Position numbers and translations under genes: made by a program. This document shows positions 49,277-60,769 of a stretch of DNA of 64,000 nt, in pieces. Below the pieces are notes generated by a model, which made no database searches, was not told where the DNA came from, and saw only the letters and a program-made list of their open reading frames with translations. How positions within the stretch are numbered: position 1 is the stretch's first letter; every line of letters begins with the position of its first letter. The DNA comes from Octopus sinensis (taxonomy: Eukaryota), in NCBI RefSeq assembly GCF_006345805.1, contig NW_021833015.1, forward strand, positions 1-64,000, given 5' to 3'.

Positions 49277-49946
49277 TCCCTTTCAATCTTTTTGCTGGAG
49301 CGGAACCCCAAGGAAACATTTCACTGGCTCGAAGAACCCCTGTGCAATAATTTAATAGTCTTATGCACACATATCAGCACAAGAGAATTAAAAATTACTG
49401 TCGATTTTAGCATTTTTGTAACTTCTTGCGGAACCCCTGGACTGTACTGGCGGAACCCTGGTTGAAAACCACTGAGTTAGACACAGTCAGTTAGACACTA
49501 GTTAGACCAGTGCTTTTCAATCTTTTTGCTGGAGCGGAACCCCAAGGAAACATTCCACTGGCTCGAGGAACCCCTGTGCAATAATTTAATAGTCTTATGC
49601 ACACATATCTGCACAGGAGACTTAAAAATTACTGCCGATTTTAGCAGTTTTGTCACTTCTTGCAGAACCCCTGGACTGTACTAGCGGAACCCTAAGGTTC
49701 TGCGGAACCCTGGTTGAAAACCACTGAGTTAGACACTAGTTAGACCAGTGCTTTTCAATCTTTTTGCTGGAGCGGAACCCCAAGAAAACATTCCACTGGC
49801 TCGAGGAACCCCTGTGCAATAATTTAATAGCCTTATGCACACATATCTGCACAGGAGAATTAAAAATTACTGCCTATTTTAGCAGTTTTGTAACTTCTTG
49901 CGGAACCCCTGGACTGTACTGGCGGAACCCTGGTTGAAAACCACTG
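49277..49946. mobile_element. Three tandem copies of a ~200-bp hAT (Buster-like) MITE
   Basis: TIRs CAGTGCTTTTCAA / TTGAAAACCACTG. Copy 2 (49508-49726) is flanked by the 8-bp duplication AGTTAGAC with central TA. Copy 3 spans 49746-49946. Copy 1 lacks the first bases of its left TIR. Confidence 0.85.
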
Positions 49947-50117
49947 CAGTAGGGAAATCCCTTTCAATTCACAACCTGCCGTCTTGAAAATGACAGACAG
50001 AAAGACAGAAAAAGCGTGCGTGTTTGTGTTAAGTACTGTGTTGTCGTGTCCCTTGCACATAAGCAAAAAGGCTGGATGATCACAGTTGGAAAGACTGTGG
50101 TCATAGGTCTACTTTTA

Positions 50118-50717
50118 AGGTGGCGAACTGGCAGAAACGTTAGCAGGGCGGCCGAAATGCTTAGCGGTATTTCGTCTGTCTTTACGCTCTGAGTTCAAAT
50201 TCCGCCGAGGTCGACTTTGCCTTTCATCCTTTCGGGGTCAATTAAATAAGTACCAGTTATGCACTGGGGTCGATAATATCGACTTAATCTGTTTGTCTGT
50301 CCTTGTTCGTCCCCTCTGTGTTTAGCCCCTTGTGGGTAGTAAAGAAATAGGTATTTCGTCTGCCGCTATGTTCTGAGTTCAAATTCCGCCGAGGTCGACT
50401 TTGCCTTTCATTCTTTCGGGGTCAATTAAATAAGTACCAGTTATGCACTGGGGTCGATATTATCGACTTAATCCGTATGTCTGTCCTTGTTTGTCCCCTC
50501 TGTGTTTAGCCCCTTGTGGGTAGTAAAGAAATAGGCATTTCGTCTGCCGCTATGTTCTGAGTTCAAATTCCGCTGAGGTCGACTTTGCCTTTCATCCTTT
50601 CGGGGTCAATTAAATAAGTACCAGTTACGCACTGGTGTCGATGTAATCGACGTAATCCGTTTGTCTGTCCTTGTTCGTCCCCTCTGTCTTTAGCCCCTTG
50701 TGGGTAATAAAGAAATA
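50118..50717 (+). mobile_element. Trimer of the Deu/Nin-like SINE (one head, 184-bp units)
   Basis: Tails AAAGAAATAG at about 50350, 50534 and 50717, the first two followed by GTATTTCG or GCATTTCG. Confidence 0.88.
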
Positions 50718-51233
50718 GGTCTACATGGTCAAAGTTGACCTTGCACTAAAACGAAACTGTCAATATGAACACCTGCATATAGTGCAGCATGCCACACCGG
50801 CTGATGAGAGATACAGCTCTTGAAACAGAACATCCGGTAATGGAAGACTTCTCTGCAAAAAGCTGCGCTTGAGGAGATCGAAAAACCAAATGGAAATTGC
50901 AGTTGTGATACCTGTGCCGGTGGCACGTAAAAAGCACCGACCAATCGTGGCCGTTGCCAGACTCCCTTGGCACCTGTGCTGGTGGCACATGAAAAGCACC
51001 CACTACGCTCACAGAGTGATTGGCATTAGGAAGGGCAACCAGCTGTAGAAACTCTGCCAGATCAAGATTGGAGCCTGGTGCAGCCATCTGGTTCGCCAGC
51101 CCTCAGTCAAAATCGTCCAACCCATGCTAGCATGGAAAACAGACGTTAAACGATGATGATGATGTATTCATATGTATGTATATATGTATTAATGTGTGTT
51201 TAAGAATGTGTATGTGTGTGTGTGTGTGTGTAT

Positions 51234-51267
<34 letters not shown>

Positions 51268-51395
51268 ATATATATGCTTTATTTAAAAGCAGCAGAAATT
51301 GAACAAAACCTGTTACTTTGAGTTTCACGTTCCCATTCGTCGGACAGTTTTGTTAAAATTTTTCCACCTTGTTTCACATTTATGTGTTTACTCCA

Positions 51396-51444
<49 letters not shown>

Positions 51445-51526
51445 TGTATTCATGTGCATGCATGTATGCATATATTTATATATATATATATATATATATA
51501 TGTATCAATGTGTATACAGGTGTGTG

Positions 51527-51595
<69 letters not shown>

Positions 51596-52146
51596 TACAG
51601 GTGTGTGTGTGTGTATGTATATATGTATATATATATTAATGTACTCGTATGTATATATGCAAATATTTGTTAATGCATATTAGAAGTGGGCGTACACACA
51701 CACAGGCACACAGAGGTACCAGCATTTAATAAGTTTATAAACTGAAACAATGCCCAATATTTAAAGTGTTGACACGCTCATTAAACTAATTAATATTGAC
51801 AGAAAAAAAGACATTTACAGCTACTTTCAAGAGAGGTTCCAATAGCAACGGACCAAACTTTACAAAGGAAACACACACCCACACACACACACACACAACA
51901 TAAACACACACAACATAAACACACACACACACACCACACACACACACAGACACACACAGAGAGACACACACACACACACACACACACAGACACACACACA
52001 CACACACACACAGACACAGACACACACACAGACACACACACGCAGACGCAGACACACACACACGCACACGCAGACACACACACACAGACAGACAGACAGA
52101 CACACACACAGACACAGACACACACACACACACAGACAGACACACA

Positions 52147-52181
<35 letters not shown>

Positions 52182-53014
52182 GATGCAAGGCTGTATGAAA
52201 ACGGAGTTTGCTTCACAACCACATGGTTTGGGGTTTGCACTTACTGGTGGTGGCTTGCTCAAAGTACCGCTCAGTGGGGCTGCTCATGTGACCACATGAT
52301 TAACAAGCGAGCCTCTCAACCACGTGTCCACAACAAAAAGGGTTTCCACACCTTTTTTTTTAGGGGCGGTGGTTATGCAGTGCCATGCAGTAGAATTGAA
52401 ACCTAAATCACCCTGGAGTAAACCAAATGCAATGATTTGTAAAACATTACCATGGGGTCACAGACTTTATGGAAGAGTATAACTGCTTACATTTGCCCCA
52501 AGTTACTTAACTGGTACATTTTTTTAATGCTTACCCCCCTGAAATACAAAAGAAAAGCTAACATCTATAGGATTTGAACTGAGAGCAACAGATGTAACTA
52601 TATTCTTCAAAGTATTTGTTTGTTAATCCACAAAACTCCTACAAAATGTCTATTATCTAATGAAATATATGATTTACCAAATTACAAGTATACATTTTGT
52701 TAGCTATAGGAATAAATGTGGAAGGGGAAAATAGTGGCTGTGCTGAGAAAGGTGGAAGAGAAAGAAAATTGTACAAAGAGAAATGGATTAAATAGCTAAA
52801 TAAATAGGTGAGAGATTGACAGAGTAGAGAAAGAGTACAGAAAATAGCTAGTAGTCAGTCAACAAACTAGACAAGCAGACAGTGAAATATGGGGAGAGAG
52901 AGATAGAAGGCTGTGAACGGAATTGATGGCAAGTGCAAGAGAAGTAGAAAAAAGGATGATAAAGCTCTAAAACAGAAATGTGGAATTAGAGAGGTGAAAT
53001 GATAAAATAACTGA

Positions 53015-53410
53015 GGTAGGAGTGGCTGTGTGGTAAGTAGCTTGCCTACCAACCACATGGTTCTGGGTTCAGTCCCACTGCATGGCATCTTGGGCAAGTG
53101 TCTTCTGCTATAGCCTCGGGGCAACCAATGCCTTGTGAGTGGATTTGGTTGACGGAAACTGAAAGAAGCCTGTCGTATATATGTATGTGTATGTATATGT
53201 TTGTGTGTCTGTGTTTGTCCCTCTAGCATTGCTTGACAACCGATGCTGGTGTGTTTACGTCTCTGTCACTTAGTAGTTCGGCAAAAGAGACCGATAGAAT
53301 AAGTACTGGGCTTACAAAAAGAATAAGTCCCGGGGTCGGTTTGCTTGACTAAAGGCGGTGCTCCAGCATGGCCGCAGTCAAATGACTGAAACAAGCAAAA
53401 GAGTATAGAG
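53015..53410 (+). mobile_element. OK-like tRNA-derived SINE, full length
   Basis: Same head, body and AAAAGAGTA tail as 22470-22865. Confidence 0.85.
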
Positions 53411-54120
53411 TTTGAGTTAATACTAGAGACAATGACAGATAGAAATGGTGGAAGAGAAAGAGAAATTTATCTCTAATATATCATAATGTGTGTATGAAAT
53501 GAGGAGATGGGACATGAAGAGAAATAGATGCAGATACTGAGTGAGAGAAAAAAACAGGAATGTATATATTTTCTTTAATTATGCTATAGGAATAAATGTG
53601 GAATGGGAAAATAGTGGTTGTGCTGAAAGAGGTGGAAGAGAAAGAAAATTGTACAAAGAGAAATGGATTGAATAGCTATATATCAACAGTGAAAGGGAAA
53701 AAGAAGAAATAATGTGAGTGAATGAATGTGAACAATGAAGGAGAGTGAGAGGAGAGCAAGAAGGTAAGAATAAGAAAGCATAAAGATGACTTTATCCAAA
53801 GAGATGCGCAAATACTCCATCTCGGAGAAACTGACTTGAAAAAAGACAAAACCATTGCTGATCGTGAACAGGAGTTAGTGAAAATACACAAAGTGTTGCA
53901 AAACGACAAGGCACAAACACAAGAGGTTAAAAACTTTAAGAACATCTGAAAGAATAGAAAAAGAAACATCAGGAAAGCAGCGACAGATTTGAAGCAAAAA
54001 CAGAAAAGAGAAAAAAAAAAACGACAATATGAATTTCAGAACAGATGTTGAAATAAACTCATCATTTTTTATATGGGTAATACACGAGTATATAATATAT
54101 ACCCATTGATTTCTATTTAA

Positions 54121-54250
54121 CCTTCAGCAATGCTTAGGTGAATCAAGGCACCATATGAGTTTTCTCCCTTGTAGCTGCAAGCATGCTATGTCCCAGTGAG
54201 AAGGGAGAAAACACATATAGCGATGTGATGTGTCTACAGTGTGCTAAAGG
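54121..54250. mobile_element. 130-bp piggyBac-like MITE
   Basis: TTAA|CCTTCAGCA ... TGCTAAAGG|TTAA: 9-bp TIR with one mismatch and TTAA duplication. Confidence 0.6.
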
Positions 54251-55215
54251 TTAATAAGAATTACCAAATTACAAGTACATTTTTTGACAGCCTTTTTTCT
54301 TTAATTATGCAATAGGAATGTATGTCGAAGGGGAAAATAGTGGCTGTGCTGAGAAAGGTGGAAGAGAAAGAAAATTGTACAAAGAGAAATTGATTAAATA
54401 GCTAAATAAATAGCGGTGGTGCCCCAGCACGGCCGCAGCCTTCGGGTTGAAATATTTTTAAGGATTTTAAGGATTTAAATAATTATTAGCTTGAAAAATC
54501 CCTTTATGTAAAATGAAGGACTGCTATCTTATATTAAAAATGCCCTAGTTGCATGGCTTTTTTTCATTTATTTATATTCAAACTTTAACAGTGCTTCATA
54601 CAAAAATAAAAAATTTCTGCTGAGAAATTTAAATATGTGATAAAATATTGAGAATGTGAAAGAAGTAAGACATATAAAACTGTAATGAAGTTTGTTTTTT
54701 TTCTTCTTTTTCTTCTTTTCATTTATTTTTTTTCAATAACAAATATGCTTTTAACAATTACTTCAAGCCTGGAATGACAATTTAACAAGGTGGCCTCACA
54801 CTAATAAATCAGATTAGCTTCTTTTATTACTACTGCATAACTAAACAATTGTCCGGGAATAAGCTAATGTTACTGGCTCCAAATGGTCACAGAAGAAGCT
54901 AGAAATAGATCGGATAGTACAGAACTAGATATATTATGTATGAAGAAAAGGTGAATTAATCACAGCACGGATATCTTTTCATCACAGACTGCGTTTGATC
55001 AAGGCCAATCTGAGGCTAAACAACAGTGTAACCAAGTGTTCAGAAAGGGGATAGAAAGTCAAAAAGGTTTGACAACCAGCTAGAAAAAGCAGTCTAATCA
55101 CCCTCGAATCACACCTAACTGGCTTATAAAGATGGAATGGTCACAGCTGGAACATCTTTGATCAAAAGTGCCAACCTACAGTTATAGAATGACCGCAAAA
55201 GAAAGGAAAACGCTT

Positions 55216-55602
55216 GATAATGTAGTCTTAGAAAAGAGGACATTAGATAATGTAGTCTTAAAAAGGGGGACACGTTAGATAATGTAGTCTTAAAAAGGGG
55301 GACACATTAGATAATGTAGTCTTAGAAAAGAGGACATTAGATAATGTAGTCTTAAAAAGGGGGACACGTTAGATAATGTAGTCTTAAAAAGGGGGATACA
55401 TTAGATAATGTAGTCTTAGAAAAGAGGACATTAGATAATGTAGTCTTAAAAAGGGGGACACGTTAGATAATGTAGTCTTAAAAAGGGGGACACATTAGAT
55501 AATGTAGTCTTAGAAAAGAGGACATTAGATAATGTAGTCTTAAAAAGGGAGACACATTAGATAATGTAGTCTTAAAAAGGGGGACACATTAAATAATGTA
55601 GT
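55216..55602. repeat. 30/32/32-bp minisatellite arranged as a 94-bp higher-order repeat x4
   Basis: GATAATGTAGTCTTA core followed in fixed order by GAAAAGAGGACATTA, AAAAGGGGGACACGTTA and AAAAGGGGGACACATTA. Confidence 0.9.
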
Positions 55603-55930
55603 CCGAGATAATATTTTGTCGGAATGAAGATGGAATGGTCATGGCTAGATCGGCAATGACTAAAGTCTATAACAACAGCAACAACACTTCTGCCCCCCAA
55701 ATGAGTCAACAATGGAGCTTCTACATCATTACTTGAAATGCTAGAAAGAGCAGTCAGATCTTCCTTTCAAATCACATTCTATAGTCTTAAAAAAAAAATG
55801 AAGGGCGCATTAGATAAAATAGCCCAAATGCACAAGAATAAAAAAGAAAAACAGTGGGATGGTCATGGCTGGAACAGTATTGACAACTTTACCAATCTAC
55901 TCAAAACACTTAAGCATTCAGATCTCTCTT

Positions 55931-56575
55931 TGTTAGTTAGTTAGTTAGTTAATTTGGCTCAAAAGCAAATAGCAAGGCCATGTAGGGGGACATGGAGTTA
56001 AGTACAGGGTGGTGTTCATGTAAAGAGTTCAGGCCACTTGAGGTCCAGGGAGGCTTTGAACAAAGCGGTCGTCGGCATCTTCACCATCTCATCTGGCAGC
56101 TTGTTCCACGGATCCGCAACCCGGACGGAGAAAGCTCCTCTCCTTCGATTGAGATGAAATCGTCGCAGGTAGAGCTTTTCGGAATGACCCCGCAGCCGAC
56201 GCTCCGGAGCAGGAGTGAAGAACAGCTCTTTCGAGAGGTTACACTTCCCGCTTATGATGTTGTGGGCGAGAATGAGATCACCATGGCGGCGGCGTTTTTC
56301 AAGAGAATAAAGGTCGAGCGTCCTCAGCCTTTCTTCGTAGGACAAATTTTTGAGACCATGAACCAGGCGGGTAGCCAGCCTCTGGACTCTTTCGAGGTGC
56401 TGTATGTCTTTGAGGAGATAAGGAGAAGAGGCTTGAATCCCATACTCCAATATGGGTCTCACCAGCGTGACATAGAGTGGCAGGAATATGGCTGCTGTGA
56501 GCACTCCGAATGACCGTCGAATCAAAAACAGAATTCCGCGCGCTTTGTTGGCAGCATGGACGCTTTGTGTCAAAG
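55931..56575 (-). mobile_element. 5'-truncated CR1-clade LINE (C-terminal RT region, 3' UTR and TAAC tail)
   Basis: Open 185-aa frame with LVRPILEYG...LERVQRLATRLV...SYEERL...LYSLEKRR and RGHSEKL...FSVRV..WNKLP motifs typical of CR1 ORF2. The (TAAC)n tail is at 55931-55952. Confidence 0.92.
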
Positions 56576-56826
56576 CTTCAAGGATGTGACTATTTTTAGA
56601 ATGACATTGTAGGGTAGGTGTGAGAGACCAGACCTAACCAATTATGTTCAACATAACAAGTGGAATATTTTTGCCAACATATGGCAAATTTAAATGCAAA
56701 AAAGATTAAAGCTAGAAGGTGCATGGCTTGGTGGTTAGAACATCAGGCTTCCAATTGTGAGGTTGTGAGTTCGATTCCCAGACCAGGCTGTGTGTTGTGT
56801 TCTTGAGCAAGACACTTTATTTCACA

Positions 56827-57218
56827 CTAGCGGTATCGCCCGGCGTTGCTCGGGTTTGTAAGGGAAATAACTATATAAGCATTTTTAGAGATGTAAAGTA
56901 TAATAGCCATCTCAATATGGCTAACCACAAAGGGGGGGGGGGTGTTACTGTAGCTTTTTACGTTGAGATTTAATAAATTTTTAGAGAGTTACTTCCCTTA
57001 TATATGCCAAAAATGCATTAAAAATGGGAAAAATTGATGGTAAATTCTTTTTAAAATCGTAGACTCATCGTAGACGCGCACTAATACCCAGAAGGGCTCG
57101 ATATGAATCACGACTATAAGATACCAGGTTTTGGTTACACTGCATCGCAAAATGCGGGAGTAGTTAGGAATCTAAATCGTAGGAGACAGACACACAACTT
57201 CACTTTTATATATAAAGA
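56827..57218 (-). mobile_element. Solo non-autonomous Helitron-like element (392 bp) inserted in a SINE
   Basis: The minus strand reads A|TCTTTATATATAAAAGTGAAGTTG...ACAAACCCGAGCAACGCCGGGCGATACCGCTAG|T. Canonical TC/CTAG ends, A|T target and no TSD. Confidence 0.88.
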
Positions 57219-58488
57219 TTGCGCCAGTAGAAATGAGTTGCGACATCCCTGGTGCCAAACTGCATCAGCTTTTGCCTGTCCCTTGGATAACACCAGTGGT
57301 GTGGAGAAGGGAAGTTTATATGTATGGGAGACTATTAATCTTCCATAAACTTTGCTAGGAGTTGTGCCAAAGAGGGGAACCTTCAAGGTGCAATCCCATG
57401 GTCATTTGTAACCAAAGGAAGTCCTTAAATACTAAAAGGTTAATAACCCAGAATTTCAAAGGGCCATACATTTAATACTCTTACTCTTTTACTTGTTTCA
57501 GTCATTTGACTGGCCATGCTGGAGCACCGCCTTTAGTCGAGCAAATCGACCCCAGGACTTATTCTTTGAAAGTCCAGTACTTATTCTATTGGTCTCTTTT
57601 GCCGAACCGCTAATGACGGGGATGTAAACACACTAGCATCGGTTGTCAAGCAATGCTAGGGGGACAAACACACACACATATATATATATATACATATATA
57701 CGACAGGCTTCTTTCAGTTTCCGTCTACCAAATCCACTCACAAGGCATTGGTCGGCCCGGGGCTATAGCAGAAGACACTTGCCCAAGTGCCACGCAGTGG
57801 GACTGAACCCGGAACCATGTGGTTGGTTAGCAAGCTACTTACCACACAGCCACTCCTGCGCCTATGGCTTCTAAGTTGACAATACCTGAGGGGAAGCAAA
57901 TGGCAAGGTGAGCCTGGGCAGAAATGTTAAGCCAAATATCTGAATAGCCAACAAAATTGATTTTCAACACCCGTAACTGTGGCCATACTGGGGTATTATC
58001 TTATATACATATAAACATGTGTGTGTGTGTATGTGTCAACATAACGAAACAGTCCCGTAAGGGAATTACACCACCGCTGTTTAGCCCTAGGAAGCATCGA
58101 CGCCTCCTGATGGCTTTGACACATTTCCTGTGTGTATATATATATATATATATATATACATATATATATACACATATACATATATATATACACATATATA
58201 TATACATATATATATACACATATATATACATATATATATACACATATATATACACACAAATATATACACACAAATATATACACATATATATATACACATA
58301 TATATACACATATATATACACACACATATATATATACACATATATATATACACATATATATACACATATATATATACACATATACATACACATATATATA
58401 TACACATATACATACACATATACATACACATATATATATACACATATACATATACACATATATATATATATATATGTATATATATACC

Positions 58489-58526
<38 letters not shown>

Positions 58527-58957
58527 CACATCATTCATTATGAAAATGATATCAGGGCATAAGTGAATTGCATCAGGTTCAACAGACAATATCAAAAAAT
58601 TAAAAGCACTCTTTATAAATATGCAGAGTAACATGGGTGTATATATCTGCATGTGTGTACAAACTAGACCTTCTATCATATTACTGATAGTTTTTTTTTG
58701 CCATAAATGTAAGAGCTGTAGCTTATATTACTTGTGTGTGTGTGTATGTTATTTTGGTTCTCTGTCAGGTGAATTTCTAACAGGAGATACCCTACATGTA
58801 CTCCTTTCTAACTCCTATCACCAAATGAAACATGTGTAATGTTGGATAAAACAAAATTTTTTTTTTTCCCCCCGATGCCCTATTTTGGTAAGTATTACAT
58901 ATATTTATAATTAAATGAAGAACTGAATTTTTAAAAATGCTGCTGCATTTAACTTAC

Positions 58958-59099
58958 CATCTCTTGACATTCCCAAGACTAGGCACTTCTGCAGTCGACA
59001 ATATTGACATCTATTTCTATTGACACGATCAATAACACAGGCTTTGTTTCTGGGGCACTGATAATTTACAGGACCTGATTGACTCCGTCGGAAAAAGCC
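58958..59099 (-). CDS. HR3: Nuclear receptor HR3/ROR (NR1F) exon encoding the second C4 zinc finger (142 nt, phase 0 to phase 1)
   Basis: Translates [47 protein letters not shown]+G, nearly identical to the HR3/ROR DNA-binding domain. Acceptor tttcag at 59100-59105 and donor GTAAGT starting at 58957. Confidence 0.95.
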
Positions 59100-59163
59100 C
59101 TGAAATTTTTTTAAAATGGAAAACTTGAGAAATTTGCAAAACAAACAATATTTCAATACAGAT

Positions 59164-59194
<31 letters not shown>

Positions 59195-59468
59195 AATAAT
59201 TTTAAAATAGGATAAAATCTTTATAAGAATTTATCAAGTAGTTAGCGTGAAAAACTTCATAAGGGAAAAATTTATTAATTATTCTGTTTAAATATATTTA
59301 TATTAAGGGCATTACTATACATAAATGCCTCAAGCTAGGAGGGACTCTTACAGTCAAAAACTACTATAATAAACATCATATGGTAGTTTTGACTTTAAGA
59401 GTCCCTCCTAGCGTGAGGCATTTATGTATAATAATGCCCTTAATATACATATATATATCTATATATAT

Positions 59469-59511
<43 letters not shown>

Positions 59512-59516
<5 letters not shown>

Positions 59517-59725
59517 ATCCAAACAAGAAAACACAAAAAAACACAACGCGAGGACGTGGAACAAATATAGTATTATTGGACGCTCAGGAAAGAAGGAAGG
59601 AGGAGGGTTTAACGTTTCGAACGGAGCTCTTCGTCGGAAACATAGGAGAAGGGAAGATCCAGAGATGGGAAGACAGGGGGAAAAAAAAATCGCCAACGGT
59701 ACACACGAGGTCACATTTTGAAATA
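59512..59725 (-). mobile_element. Second family Z copy with a hammerhead-like fold at 59607-59641
   Basis: The minus strand reads GTTT CCGACGA A GAGC TCC GTTC GAA AC GT T AAAC. TA-rich tracts on both sides. Aligns with 7382-7565. Confidence 0.6.
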
Positions 59726-60769
59726 TATATATATACATATAGTTAATTTGAGGAAGTTATGTCCTCATTGGGGATGATATGATCCAACGTATTCCACTGG
59801 TTCAATCCGTATCATATAATGGTAAAGTCATTTGTATATACTCTTTACTCTCTCTTTTACTCTTTTACTTGTTTCAGTCATTTGACTGCGGCCATGCTGG
59901 AGCACCACCTTTAGTCGAGCAACTCGACCCCGGGACTTATTCTTTTTTTTTTTTTTTGTAAGCCCAGTACTTATTCTATCGGTCTCTTTTTGCCGAACCG
60001 CTAAGTGACGGAGACGTAAACACACCAGCATCGGTTGTCAAGCAATGCTAGGGGGGACAAACACAGACACACAAACAAACACACATACATATATATATAT
60101 ACATATATACGACAGGCTTCTTTCAGTTTCCGTCTACCAAATCCACTCACAAGGCTTTGGTCGGCCCGAGGCTATAGCAGAAGACACTTGCCCAACGTGC
60201 CACGCAGTGGGACTGAACCCGGAACCATGTGGTTGGTGAGCAAGCTACTTACCACACAGCCACTCCTGCGCCTATATGTTTTGGATTATTGAAATTTTTA
60301 ATATTGAAGGAAAAACAAGAAAAAGGAGGATAATTACTGGTATATTTGCATGTTGTATAAGAAAGATGACTTTTTTTTCTTTTTTTTAAAGAACATTACA
60401 AACAAAAAAAATTGGAAGTTGAAAGCTCAAACAAAACACCATCTTTCTCCAACATGCAAATATATCAGTAATTACATCCATTTATTCTCCATTGTCTCCT
60501 CCTTGTAACCCCCCCCCCAGCCCCGTGTGTGGGTGTCATCAGCATCTGTTTTCCATGATGGCATGAGTTGTCGAACAGATTAACAAGATCTGGTGACTCC
60601 ACAAGGCTGTACCACGCTCCATACCAACTCCAGCATGGTTTCTATGAGTGGATGCCCTTCCTAGAGCCAATCACTTTATAGTGTGTACGGGATGGTTTTT
60701 TTTTTTTTCATGCCCCCCCAGCCAAGTAACTGGCAAGACAAAAAAGCACCTTGCAAGACAGCATACCTC

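Larger units (their letters stand above)
31142..58957 (-). other. HR3: 27,816-nt GT-AG intron of the HR3 gene
   Basis: Phase-compatible donor (GTAAGT) and acceptor (TTTCAG) join MSRD|AVKFGRMSKK exactly as in HR3/ROR proteins, so no constitutive exon is needed in between. Confidence 0.88.

Noticed and set aside
48345-49311. Charged or low-complexity ORFs (poly-E/R, poly-A/T, poly-N)
   Set aside because: Translations of minisatellite and trinucleotide tracts with poly(A) runs; no splice-compatible exon.
53676-53969. Lys/Glu-rich stretch resembling a coiled-coil or LINE ORF1 fragment
   Set aside because: Purine-rich low-complexity sequence with no recognisable motif or splice sites in gene orientation.
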